Below are positions 18,395 through 27,134 of a stretch of 64,000 bases of DNA, piece after piece. The stretch comes from a bacterium. GTDB taxonomy: Bacteria > Bacteroidota > Bacteroidia > Bacteroidales > UBA932. Under the pieces are notes generated by a model, which did no database searches, was not told the origin of the DNA, and saw only the letters and a program-made list of their open reading frames with translations. Location of the stretch: NCBI GenBank assembly GCA_963637965.1, contig CAVHPI010000001.1:48032-112031 (forward strand). Reading direction: 5' to 3'. Position 1 is the first letter of the stretch. The number at the start of each line of letters is the position of its first letter. Position numbers and translations under genes: made by a program.

Positions 18395-19318
18395 ATGAAA
18401 GTACTTGTAGCAACAGAAAAGCCTTTCGCGGCTGCGGCCGTTGCAGGCATCAGGGATATCGTGGAGGGCGCCGGACACACTCTGGCTCTTCTTGAAAAAT
18501 ATACGGCAAAAGAGGAGCTGCTCGCAGCGGTGGCCGACGCCGACGCTCTTATCGTGCGCAGCGACAAGGTCACTGCAGAAGTGGTCGAGGCCGCAAAGAG
18601 ACTCAAGATCGTGGTCCGCGCCGGCGCGGGTTACGACAACCTTGACCTGGAGGCCCTCTCCGCGCGCAAAATCGTGGCGATGAACACCCCCGGCCAGAAC
18701 TCCAACGCAGTGGCGGAGCTGGCCATCGCAATGATGATATATATGTGCCGCTGCCAGTTCACCCCCGCCACCGGCAGCGAGATCATGGGCAAGAAGATCG
18801 GCATCCAGGCATACGGCAACGTAGGACGCCTGGTGGGCAAGAAGGCCGAGGCTCTGGGAATGAGCGTGATGGCAGTGGACCCCTTCATCCCCGCCGAGAA
18901 AATTGCCGAGAGCGGCGCGACTCCCGCGTCCAGCGTGGAAGAGCTCTACAGCAGCTGCGACTTCGTGTCGGTACACATCCCCGCGACCCCCGAGACCATC
19001 GGCTCCATCGGCTATGAACTGATGTCCAAGATGCCCAAAGGGGCGCTGCTCATCAACACCGCCCGCAAGGAGGTTATAGACGAGGCAGGGCTGGAGAAGG
19101 CTCTCCGCGAGCGTCCCGACCTTAAGTATGTCACCGACATCGCCCCTTCAAACTACGCTTCCCTCAGGGAGCAGTTTGGCGAGAGGGTGTTCGCCACCCC
19201 CAAGAAGATGGGTGCGCAGACCGCGGAGGCCAACCTCAACGCCGGTCTGGCTGCCGCTCGGCAGATTTGCGCCTTCTTCCAGGACGGCTGCACCAAATTC
19301 CAACTGAACAAATTCTAA
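18395..19318 (+). CDS. serA: D-3-phosphoglycerate dehydrogenase (short form, 2-hydroxyacid dehydrogenase family)
   Basis: GAGYDNLD, NAD-binding GIQAYGNVGR, 307 aa, starting 7 nt after serC. Confidence 0.85.
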   Translation: MKVLVATEKPFAAAAVAGIRDIVEGAGHTLALLEKYTAKEELLAAVADADALIVRSDKVTAEVVEAAKRLKIVVRAGAGYDNLDLEALSARKIVAMNTPGQNSNAVAELAIAMMIYMCRCQFTPATGSEIMGKKIGIQAYGNVGRLVGKKAEALGMSVMAVDPFIPAEKIAESGATPASSVEELYSSCDFVSVHIPATPETIGSIGYELMSKMPKGALLINTARKEVIDEAGLEKALRERPDLKYVTDIAPSNYASLREQFGERVFATPKKMGAQTAEANLNAGLAAARQICAFFQDGCTKFQLNKF

Positions 19319-19325
19319 ATCTTAT

Positions 19326-20564
19326 ATGGTAAAGGTCAAACCTTTTGCTGCACTTCGGCCGCCTAGAAAATATGCGGCCGAAGTCGCATCTCGCCCCTAC
19401 GATGTTCTCTCGTCGGAAGAGGCGAAGCAGGAAGCCGGCGAAAAGTCGCTCCTGCACATCATCAAGCCCGAAATCGATTTTGACCCCATTGCGGGCGAAA
19501 GCGAGCCCCGCGTATATGCCAAGGCTGTGGAGAACCTCGGCCTGTGGCAGCAGCGCGGCTGGCTGGTGCAGGATTCGCAGGAATATTATTATGTGTATGC
19601 GCAAACCATGAACGGCCGCACCCAGTACGGCCTTGTGCTCTGCGCAAATGTCGACGACTACCTCAGCGGCGCCATCAAGAAGCACGAGCTGACCCGCAAG
19701 GACAAGGAGGACGACCGCATGCGCCACTTCCGCGACCAGAATGCCAACGTGGAGCCGGTGTTCCTCGCATTCCGCGACAATGCCCTCATCGGCAGAATCA
19801 TCTCCCAGACCGTGAAGGATGATCCGGAGTATGACTTTGTGGCTGCGGACGGCATCGGCCATCGCTTCTGGGTGATCCGCGACCACGAAGCCATCGCCGA
19901 CATCACCTCCGAATTTGAGAAGATCGACGCGATGTACATTGCCGACGGCCACCACCGCACTGCGGCCAGCGTGCGCATCGGCGTGGAGAAACGCGAGAAC
20001 AACCCCGACCACCGCGGCGACGAGGAGTACAACTACTTTATGGCGGTCGCGTTCCCCAAGAGCGAACTGCGCATAATGGACTACAACCGCGTGGTCAAAG
20101 ACCTGAACGGGCTCACCCCGGCGGAGCTGATATCCGCGCTGGAGAAAGATTTCACCGTGGAGAAGAAGGGGGCGCAGATCTACTCCCCCTGCAGCCTGCA
20201 CAATTTCTCCATGTATCTGGGCGGCGAGTGGTACAGCCTCACGGCAAAAGAGGGCACCTACAACGACAGCGACCCCATCGGGGTGCTGGACGTCACTGTC
20301 CTCTCCAACCTCGTGCTGGACAAGATTCTCGGCATCAAGGACCTGCGCACCGACAAGCGCATAGACTTCGTGGGGGGCATCCGCGGCCTCGGCGAGCTTG
20401 GCCGGCGTGTAGATTCGGGCGAGATGGCGGTTGCGTTCGCCCTCTACCCCGTGTCCATGGACCAGCTGATAAACATTGCCGACACCGGCAACATCATGCC
20501 TCCCAAGACCACCTGGTTCGAGCCCAAGCTGCGCAGCGGCCTCACCATCCATTTCCTGAAATAG
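19326..20564 (+). CDS. DUF1015 domain-containing protein
   Basis: The N-terminus MVKVKPFAALRP...ASRPYDVLS and ADGHHR motif are typical of DUF1015. It starts 8 nt after serA. Confidence 0.85.
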   Translation: MVKVKPFAALRPPRKYAAEVASRPYDVLSSEEAKQEAGEKSLLHIIKPEIDFDPIAGESEPRVYAKAVENLGLWQQRGWLVQDSQEYYYVYAQTMNGRTQYGLVLCANVDDYLSGAIKKHELTRKDKEDDRMRHFRDQNANVEPVFLAFRDNALIGRIISQTVKDDPEYDFVAADGIGHRFWVIRDHEAIADITSEFEKIDAMYIADGHHRTAASVRIGVEKRENNPDHRGDEEYNYFMAVAFPKSELRIMDYNRVVKDLNGLTPAELISALEKDFTVEKKGAQIYSPCSLHNFSMYLGGEWYSLTAKEGTYNDSDPIGVLDVTVLSNLVLDKILGIKDLRTDKRIDFVGGIRGLGELGRRVDSGEMAVAFALYPVSMDQLINIADTGNIMPPKTTWFEPKLRSGLTIHFLK

Positions 20565-20594
20565 ACCAATCAATATTAATCAAAACACTCAAAT

Positions 20595-21878
20595 ATGACA
20601 GAAAAGAAAACCAACATGGTGGCCATCATCACGATGTGCTTCATCTTTGCGATGATCTCGTTCGTGACCAATATGGCCGCACCCTTCGGCGTAATCTGGG
20701 GCAATCAGTATGAATGGTCCAAGATGGCCGGCAACCTTATGAACTTTGCGGCTTACCTGTTTATGGGTATCCCCGCCGGCAAGATGCTCATGAGCGTGGG
20801 CTACAAGAAGACCACCCTCATCGCCCTCGCAACAGGCTTTGTAGGCATCTGCATCCAGTGGCTCTCCAGCCGTCCCTTCCTGGGAGGCAGCGCCATCTAT
20901 GTTTACCTGCTTGGTGCATTCGTATGCGGCTTCTGCGTATGTATGCTCAACACCGTTGTAAACCCCATGCTCAAGATTCTGGGCGGCGGCGGCAACAAGG
21001 GCAACCAGTACATCCAGATCGGCGGCACCCTCAACTCCCTCACCGGAACCCTCACCCCTCTGCTGGTGGGCGCGCTGGTGGGCACTGTAACCGCAAGCAC
21101 CTCCATGAAGGATGTCACTCCCCTGCTCTTCATTGCAATGGCTGTGTTCGGAGTCGCATTCATCATTATCTCCTTCCTCGCCATCCCCGAGCCTGCCAAG
21201 ACCGGCAGCAACGTGAAATACGAGCACAGCGCGTGGAATTTCCGCCACTTTGTGCTGGGCGCAGTGGCCATCTTCTTCTATGTCGGCATCGAAATCGGCA
21301 TCCCTTCGCAGATCACCTTCTTCCTCTCCGACGCAACTGAAAAGGGCGCCGGCATCGCAGTCAACGGTGCCGCCATCGGCGGTGCAATCGCTGCCGTCTA
21401 CTGGCTGCTCATGATGGTGGGCCGCTTCTCCAGCACCCTCATCTCCGGCAAGGTATCTCCCAAGGCGCAGATGACTGCAGTTTGCTCCGTGGCCATCGCG
21501 CTGGTTCTGGCAGCCATCCTCACCCCCAAGACAGTCACCGTAAGCATGCCCGGCTACAGCGTTGCCGACGGCTTCGCAATGTTCAAGGTGCCTCTGAGCT
21601 GCCTGCTGCTGGTGCTCTGCGGTCTTTGCACATCAGTTATGTGGGGCGCAATCTTCAGCCTCGCGGTTGAGGGGTTGGGCAAATACACCGAGTCGGCTTC
21701 CGGCATCTTCATGATGCTGGTTGTGGGCGGCGGTATCATGCCCTTCATCCAGAACTTCATCGCCAAGACAGCCGGCTATATGAACAGCTACTATCTGGTG
21801 ATCGCAATGCTGCTCTACCTGCTCTACTACAGCGTCAAGGGCTGCGTAAACGTCAACAAGGACATCCCCGTAGACTAA
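20595..21878 (+). CDS. Sugar MFS transporter (glucose/galactose or fucose permease-like)
   Basis: 12 predicted TM segments, 427 aa. Gluc/Gal-transporter-like N-terminus (MISFVTNMAAPFG). Followed by a ROK kinase gene. Confidence 0.8.
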   Translation: MTEKKTNMVAIITMCFIFAMISFVTNMAAPFGVIWGNQYEWSKMAGNLMNFAAYLFMGIPAGKMLMSVGYKKTTLIALATGFVGICIQWLSSRPFLGGSAIYVYLLGAFVCGFCVCMLNTVVNPMLKILGGGGNKGNQYIQIGGTLNSLTGTLTPLLVGALVGTVTASTSMKDVTPLLFIAMAVFGVAFIIISFLAIPEPAKTGSNVKYEHSAWNFRHFVLGAVAIFFYVGIEIGIPSQITFFLSDATEKGAGIAVNGAAIGGAIAAVYWLLMMVGRFSSTLISGKVSPKAQMTAVCSVAIALVLAAILTPKTVTVSMPGYSVADGFAMFKVPLSCLLLVLCGLCTSVMWGAIFSLAVEGLGKYTESASGIFMMLVVGGGIMPFIQNFIAKTAGYMNSYYLVIAMLLYLLYYSVKGCVNVNKDIPVD

Positions 21879-21904
21879 TCGCCAAAACAGACTGAATCAC
21901 ATAA

Positions 21905-21938
21905 TGTGCGGCGGGAGAGCTGATTCCCCTGCCGCACA
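21905..21938 (+). other. Intercistronic stem-loop between the MFS and ROK genes (weak terminator or processing site?)
   Basis: TGTGCGGCGGG (21905-21915) pairs with CCCTGCCGCACA (21927-21938): 11 bp including one G-U, with a 12-nt loop. No clear T-tract follows. Confidence 0.35.
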
Positions 21939-21960
21939 CTTTAAATTAAACAAAGAGAAT

Positions 21961-22917
21961 ATGAAAGAAACCAATTATGTTGTAGGTGTCGATATCGGCG
22001 GCACTACCACCAAGATAGGCATCGTGGACCGCCGCGGCGAGATTGTGGCGCAGACCGTCATCACATCCAAATACGGCCCCGAAGAGAGCGAGAAATTCAT
22101 GGATTCGGTGTGCAAGGCCATCACAGACCTTGCCACGGTCATCGGAATGGACCAGATCCGCGGCGTGGGCATAGGAGCCCCCAACGCCAACTATTATACC
22201 GGCGTCATCGCCTTCGCCCCCAACTTGACCTGGGCCAGGAAGGGCAGCGTCCCCCTGAGGGATTACATCAGCAATAAGCTGAATCTGCCTGTCACCATCA
22301 CCAACGACGCCAACGCGGCCGCTATGGGCGAGATGACCTACGGCAACGCCCGCGGCATGAAGAACTTCATAATGATAACCCTGGGCACCGGCGTGGGCAG
22401 CGGCATCGTAATCAACGGCGAGATGGTGTATGGCCACGACGGCTTTGCCGGCGAGCTGGGCCACACCTGCGCGGTGCGCCACAACGGCCGCATCTGCGGC
22501 TGCGGCAAGAGCGGCTGCCTGGAGACCTACGCTTCCGCCACCGGCGTGGCACGTTCTGCCCGCGAATGGCTGGACAGCGGCAAATACAAAGACAGCCTCC
22601 TGGCCAACCTGGACGAGATAACTTCCAAGGATGTATACGACGCGGCTGTGCAGGGCGACCAGCTGGCACTTGACGTATTCCAGTTCACCGGCGCCATTCT
22701 GGGCCGCCAGTTTGCCGACTTCGTGGCATTCAGCGCTCCTGAGGCCATTGTGATGTTCGGAGGCCTGGCACGCTCCGGCGACTTCATCTTCAAGCCCACC
22801 AAAGAGGCGATGGAGGCCAATCTGCTCCCTATGTGGAGAGACAAGGTCCAGATTATCCCCTCAGCGCTCAAAGAGTCCGACGCCGCAATCCTGGGCGCCA
22901 GCGCTCTGGCCTGGTAA
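21961..22917 (+). CDS. ROK family sugar kinase (glucokinase-like)
   Basis: The start is taken at ATG 21961 (MKETNYVVGVDIGGTTTK). ROK zinc motif GHTCAVRHNGRICGCGKSGCLE. Confidence 0.85.
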   Translation: MKETNYVVGVDIGGTTTKIGIVDRRGEIVAQTVITSKYGPEESEKFMDSVCKAITDLATVIGMDQIRGVGIGAPNANYYTGVIAFAPNLTWARKGSVPLRDYISNKLNLPVTITNDANAAAMGEMTYGNARGMKNFIMITLGTGVGSGIVINGEMVYGHDGFAGELGHTCAVRHNGRICGCGKSGCLETYASATGVARSAREWLDSGKYKDSLLANLDEITSKDVYDAAVQGDQLALDVFQFTGAILGRQFADFVAFSAPEAIVMFGGLARSGDFIFKPTKEAMEANLLPMWRDKVQIIPSALKESDAAILGASALAW

Positions 22918-22935
22918 TCATCAACAAAAAATATT

Positions 22936-23928
22936 ATGAAAAAATTTCTGACAATTCTGGCCGTGGCAGCGCTCACTGCAGCCTGCAGCGGCAACACCTA
23001 TAAGGTGAAAGGTACCGTCACCCCCACGGAAGATCTCAAGGACGCCACAGTGCTGGTGCAGGACATATTCTCCGGCAATATCGACACCGTGATGATCGTG
23101 AACGGCGCGTTCACCTTCAGCGGCGAGGCAGACCCCACCACAATCAAGGCAGTGAGCCTTTCGGTGCCCGGACCGCGCGCTGCGCTGTTCGTGCCCGAGG
23201 CGGGCAATGTAACCATCGACCTCGACAGCCTCAACTGCGTGTCTGCAGGCCCCCTCACCGAGAGCCTCAAGGAGGTGATCAACTTCGACGACAGCGAAAT
23301 CGAGACCGAAGAGGAGATGAAAGCAGCCCTCAAAACACTCTGGGACGCAAACAAAACCAACGTAGTGGGCCGATATATGCTTAGCAGCATCTATTACCTG
23401 TTTGAGACCGGCAGCGAGTTTGACGAGTGGCTCGACGGGGCGGCTGACTTCATTGTAAATGACGAGATCGTGTCCAAGACCCGCACTGCGCTCAAGAATG
23501 TTGAGGAAACTGCCGCAGGCCAGCCTTTCAAGGAGATCACAGGCACAAATCTGGAAAGCGGCGAGAGCCTCTCTCTGGGCAATTTTGCCGGCAAAGGCAA
23601 ATATGTGCTGGTTGATTTCTGGGCATCCTGGTGCGGCCCCTGCCGCAGGGAGATACCTTATCTCATCGCGATTGACAAGGACTATGCAGCCAAGGGCGTG
23701 CAGGTGCTCGGCATCAATGTATGGGACAAGGAAGATGCCGCAAAGAAAGCAACTGCAGAGCTCGGCATCGCATATCCCGTGATCTTTACCACCGACAAGA
23801 CTCCTACCGAGGCTTACGGCATTCAGGGCATTCCCCAGATTCTGCTGATTGGCCCCGACGGCGTGATTCTGGAGAGGAATCTGCGTGGAGAAGGTATTGC
23901 AGAAGCTATTGACAAATACATAAAATAA
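22936..23928 (+). CDS. TlpA-family thiol:disulfide oxidoreductase lipoprotein (DUF4369 N-terminal domain + thioredoxin fold)
   Basis: Signal with LTAACS lipobox. VLVDFWASWCGPCRREIP active site. C-terminal GIPQILLIGPDG. Confidence 0.85.
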   Translation: MKKFLTILAVAALTAACSGNTYKVKGTVTPTEDLKDATVLVQDIFSGNIDTVMIVNGAFTFSGEADPTTIKAVSLSVPGPRAALFVPEAGNVTIDLDSLNCVSAGPLTESLKEVINFDDSEIETEEEMKAALKTLWDANKTNVVGRYMLSSIYYLFETGSEFDEWLDGAADFIVNDEIVSKTRTALKNVEETAAGQPFKEITGTNLESGESLSLGNFAGKGKYVLVDFWASWCGPCRREIPYLIAIDKDYAAKGVQVLGINVWDKEDAAKKATAELGIAYPVIFTTDKTPTEAYGIQGIPQILLIGPDGVILERNLRGEGIAEAIDKYIK

Positions 23929-23931
23929 AGT

Positions 23932-23939
23932 TACTTTTG
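23932..23939 (+). promoter_or_regulatory. Candidate -7 box (TACTTTTG) for tRNA-Thr
   Basis: Matches TAnnTTTG, 11 nt upstream of the mature tRNA 5' end. Confidence 0.45.
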
Positions 23940-23950
23940 CACCCTCTAAA

Positions 23951-24023
23951 GCCTTTTTAGCTCAGTTGGTAGAGCAGCTCATTCGTAATGAGCAGGTCGC
24001 GGGTTCGAGTCCCGTGAAAGGCT
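23951..24023 (+). tRNA. tRNA-Thr (anticodon CGU)
   Basis: Cloverleaf read by eye: acceptor GCCTTTT/GAAAGGC (one G-U), D arm GCTC-AGTTGGTA-GAGC, anticodon arm GCTCA-TTCGTAA-TGAGC, T arm GCGGG-TTCGAGT-CCCGT. CCA is not encoded. Confidence 0.93.
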
Positions 24024-24032
24024 CATAAAAAA

Positions 24033-24061
24033 GGCGTATCCACTGCGGATACGCCTTTTTT
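24033..24061 (+). terminator. Rho-independent terminator after tRNA-Thr
   Basis: GGCGTATCC (24033-24041) pairs with GGATACGCC (24047-24055) around loop ACTGC, followed by TTTTTT. An A-run upstream makes it potentially bidirectional. Confidence 0.8.
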
Positions 24062-24163
24062 ATGAAGGGGGTCCTGCGCCCCCTCGCCACGCGATTGCCA
24101 TTGCACAGCCCTGCCCGCGCTCCGCTAGCCTCTGATGAGGCGCCTGGCATCCGCTTTTTTGAT

Positions 24164-24376
24164 GCGCATAAGCAGAATTGTTCAAAATTCCATTGGCGCA
24201 TCAATGATTGCGAATGCACAAAGGGGCGTAGCGGATATTTTTCTATCCGCCAAGACCCTTTGTGCGGAGCATTTGACGCGCCGAAATATCTTGTAGTCTA
24301 TAGAGCCGCTATCTCTCTCGTAATCTCGCTGACTCATAATCATATTACCTCTCAACTCCCCAACACTCTACACTCC
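24164..24376 (-). repeat. Full-length copy of the dispersed intergenic repeat (inverted relative to 45102-45294)
   Basis: Its reverse complement aligns end to end with 45102-45294. Nested helices at 24195-24204/24273-24282, 24216-24225/24256-24265 and 24230-24237/24244-24251. It starts 16 nt after the tRNA-Phe terminator on the minus strand. Confidence 0.85.
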
Positions 24377-24391
24377 CGTAGGGGATGAACT

Positions 24392-24420
24392 AAAAAACCC
24401 GCCTGAAAGAGGCGGGTTTT
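24392..24420 (-). terminator. Rho-independent terminator after tRNA-Phe
   Basis: ACCCGCCT (24397-24404) pairs with AGGCGGGT (24410-24417) around loop GAAAG. The minus-sense RNA ends in a U-tract (A-run 24392-24396 on plus). Confidence 0.8.
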
Positions 24421-24424
24421 AAAG

Positions 24425-24497
24425 TGGTGCCACCGGGAATCGAACCAGGGACACAAGGATTTTCAGTCCTTTGCTCTACCAACTGAGCTATGGCACC
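24425..24497 (-). tRNA. tRNA-Phe (anticodon GAA)
   Basis: The reverse complement gives GGTGCCA-TA-GCTC-AGTTGGTA-GAGC-A-AAGGA-CTGAAAA-TCCTT-GTGTC-CCTGG-TTCGATT-CCCGG-TGGCACC-A. There is one U-C mismatch in the middle of the T stem. CCA is not encoded. Confidence 0.9.
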
Positions 24498-24511
24498 ATT
24501 GTTTGGGGTTG

Positions 24512-24542
24512 CAAAGGTATGAAAACTTTTTACATCTCCAAA
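24512..24542 (-). promoter_or_regulatory. Candidate promoter for tRNA-Phe (-33 TTTG, -7 TACCTTTG)
   Basis: On the minus strand, TTTG (24539-24542), a 19-nt spacer, then TACCTTTG (24512-24519), 14 nt before the tRNA 5' end. Confidence 0.5.
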
Positions 24543-24543
24543 T

Positions 24544-26172
24544 TTATTGTCGTTTTATCTTAAGTTTTTGTCCGGCATAAATCTTTGACTTGCGGTTGAG
24601 GCCGTTGAGCTGCATTATGTCGTTGAGGCTCACGCCGCTGTATTTGTTGGCGATTCCATACAGCGTATCTCCCTTGCGCACAGTGTAAATCACATATCCT
24701 CCGGAGGTCTTTGTCTTGGACGAAGAGGATGACGAAGAAGCCACGGATGTAGAAGGCCCCGCGCCGTTGTAGATCTTGAGCACCTGTCCGGGGCGGATAT
24801 TGTCGCTGCGCAGGCCGTTCCACTTCTTGATCTTGGCCACGGTGGTGTGGTTGCGCGACGCAATCTTGCCCAGGCTGTCTCCCTTCTTAACCTTGTAGGT
24901 GATGCAGGTCGAGCCGGAAGAGCGCGACGAGGCCACCTTGCTTGTGCCGGCCGCCACATCCTTGACTCTCACGGGATCAAAGAAGATGCTGTCCTTGTAG
25001 GCGTAGATGGTGTCCTGCACATCGATAAAGGCGCCGGAGAAACTGTAGGGCAGCTTAATCACGCGGGTCTGCGTCTTGCCGGGGATTATGTCCTTGACAT
25101 ATTCGGGGTTGAGATTGCGCAACATGTCCATGCTGATGCCGGTGCACTCCGCAATCTGACCGAAGTGCAGGTTGCCGCCGATGTGGAAGGTATCCACCTG
25201 AGGGGGTGTCTCCACATATGTGGGCACTATATTGTGCTCGCGGTAGTAGGCCATCGTGTACATCGCCGCTATGAAGGCGGGCACATAGCCGCGGGTCTCG
25301 CGGGGCAGGTATTTGTACACATCCCAGAAATCCTTGCCGCCGCCGGCGCGCTTGATGGCCTTGTTCACATTGCCGGGGCCGCAGTTGTAGGAGGCGATTG
25401 CCAGCGACCAGTCGCCGAAGATCTCGTAGGCGTCCTTGAGATACTTGGCCGCCGCGTGGGTCTCCTCCATATAGTCGAAGCGCTGGTCCACATACTCGTT
25501 AATCTCAAGACCATACTGGGTGGCCGTGCGGCGCATGAACTGCCACATGCCGGCAGCCTTTGCGCGAGACACCGCCGTCGGGTTCAGCGCCGACTCGATC
25601 ACCGACACCTTGGCCAGCTCCGGCGGCAGGCCGTACTGCTCGAATATCTCCTCGAAAATCGGCAGATAATACGATGAAAGGCCCACGATGCGGGATATCT
25701 TCTGCCGCGACATCTTCTGCGTATAATAGATTATATAGCTGCGCACGACATCGTTGTAGGGAATCTTGACCGAGGTGTTGATGCGGTTCAGCCGCTCGAT
25801 GTACACCGAATCGGGGATGTCGCTCGTCAGGTTGCTCTCCCCTATCTCCATCAGCTCCTCGTTATCTTGCGAGTGGCGGCGGAGATTGTCGTACCACGCG
25901 GCCAGGGCAGAGTCGGGGTCGCTGAAGCGGTCCTCATCGGCAATATTCTCATTGTCGTTGTCATCTATCATCGCGATCTCCTCGAAAGGGGCGGCAAGCA
26001 TCTCGTCGTATGCCTTCTGCATGGAGTCGATTTTCTCCCAAAGCACGGAGATGGAATCTTTGAGGACGCGGCGGCTCTCCATCTTGCGCTTCTGCGCAGA
26101 TGCGTCAAACGGGAGCGATATCAGAATGAGGAGTATTAAAAAGTGTCGCGGAGTAATTTTGAAGTTAAACAT
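24544..26172 (-). CDS. Lytic transglycosylase (MltD-like: SLT domain plus two C-terminal LysM domains)
   Basis: Signal peptide. SLT motif ESALNPTAVSRAKAAGMWQF. LysM repeats YKVKKGDSLGKIA...LRPGQVLKI and YTVRKGDTLYGIA...IYAGQKLKI. Confidence 0.9.
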   Translation of the reverse strand: MFNFKITPRHFLILLILISLPFDASAQKRKMESRRVLKDSISVLWEKIDSMQKAYDEMLAAPFEEIAMIDDNDNENIADEDRFSDPDSALAAWYDNLRRHSQDNEELMEIGESNLTSDIPDSVYIERLNRINTSVKIPYNDVVRSYIIYYTQKMSRQKISRIVGLSSYYLPIFEEIFEQYGLPPELAKVSVIESALNPTAVSRAKAAGMWQFMRRTATQYGLEINEYVDQRFDYMEETHAAAKYLKDAYEIFGDWSLAIASYNCGPGNVNKAIKRAGGGKDFWDVYKYLPRETRGYVPAFIAAMYTMAYYREHNIVPTYVETPPQVDTFHIGGNLHFGQIAECTGISMDMLRNLNPEYVKDIIPGKTQTRVIKLPYSFSGAFIDVQDTIYAYKDSIFFDPVRVKDVAAGTSKVASSRSSGSTCITYKVKKGDSLGKIASRNHTTVAKIKKWNGLRSDNIRPGQVLKIYNGAGPSTSVASSSSSSSKTKTSGGYVIYTVRKGDTLYGIANKYSGVSLNDIMQLNGLNRKSKIYAGQKLKIKRQ

Positions 26173-26201
26173 TGAAAAGATGATGTGTATGTGTGATGTG
26201 A

Positions 26202-27134
26202 CTAAAAATTAAATGTCATGTTGACTCCGAACGACGGCATCGAGGGAGCCGGCGTCCAGTAGCTGTCAAGGTTGTCTATCAGGGCCGGATTCACGTTTAG
26301 CGACAGGTCGTCGCTCACGTTGAAGTCCTTCATATAGGCAAACACGTTGGCGTCTATTATGTTGAGGGCATACACCAGCACCGTGGCCACTATGGAGTAG
26401 TCGCGGTAGCGGTGGTAGAGGTCCTTGTAGCTCGTGGCCTGGGTCAGATTTATATGGCCGACGTAGCCAGAACCGGACTCGCTGGCCTGAATGTAGATAT
26501 TGCGGTAGCGCTTATACTGCATCTGATTGAGGTGCAGGGTGTAACCGCACACAGCGAGACCGCTGTACCAGATGGGGATGTGCCACCAGTCGCCAACATA
26601 GGCCTGGCCGAGGCCGGGCAGCAGCGCGGAATACACCGCAGCCTTGGCGGGGTCGGGATGGCGCGTCTCGGGCAGATTCACTACCCCGTCCAGCACCTGT
26701 CCCCAATAGACGAGCGCCGCCCCAGCATAGCAGAGGGTGCGGCAGGTGGCATACTTGGAGTCGCCCGTCTCGTGATATTTGTCGTTGAAAATCACTCCGC
26801 CTGCGATTCCGGCGCCGATGCCGGCATAAATCACAGGCAGCTTGTAATAGTCCTTGTTGTAAATCTGGATGCGCCCGGGCATCAGGGCGGCGCCCAGAGT
26901 GGCATAGGCGGGCTGCAGCGGCTCCTTGTGGTGCAGGCCGCGGGTCAGATGCTTGAAAGAGAAGCCCTGCAGGGTGTCCCCTTTCGCCTCGTTCTCGTCC
27001 TCTTTGTATTCAGAAGAGGAGGCTCCCGCACCCGGCACGCCGGTCATCGTGGAGTTCTGCTTGAATATGCCCTGCGCGCGCGCCGCACAGAGGGTCATAA
27101 ACAGCGAGAGGAGTATCAGAAGCAACTTTTTCAT
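26202..27134 (-). CDS. DUF5683 domain-containing membrane protein
   Basis: Signal peptide. Two copies of the DUF5683-type motif (ALMPGRIQIYNKDYYKLPVIYAG and ALLPGLGQAYVGDWWHIPIWYSG). The start ATG overlaps the parA stop (ATGA). Confidence 0.75.
   Translation of the reverse strand: MKKLLLILLSLFMTLCAARAQGIFKQNSTMTGVPGAGASSSEYKEDENEAKGDTLQGFSFKHLTRGLHHKEPLQPAYATLGAALMPGRIQIYNKDYYKLPVIYAGIGAGIAGGVIFNDKYHETGDSKYATCRTLCYAGAALVYWGQVLDGVVNLPETRHPDPAKAAVYSALLPGLGQAYVGDWWHIPIWYSGLAVCGYTLHLNQMQYKRYRNIYIQASESGSGYVGHINLTQATSYKDLYHRYRDYSIVATVLVYALNIIDANVFAYMKDFNVSDDLSLNVNPALIDNLDSYWTPAPSMPSFGVNMTFNF

Noticed and set aside
24062-24388. The 108-aa ORF (24062-24388, +) and the 85-aa ORF (23962-24219, -) between the tRNAs.
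   Set aside because: Both lie on terminators and the non-coding repeat. The equivalent sequence at 45102-45294 has no ORF of 60 aa or more and carries frame-shifting indels.
23951-24497. The convergent tRNA-Thr / tRNA-Phe pair as the boundary of a genomic island.
   Set aside because: I found no duplicated tRNA 3' end (att-like direct repeat) anywhere in the window and no integrase nearby. The 400-bp spacer is fully accounted for by two terminators and the repeat copy.
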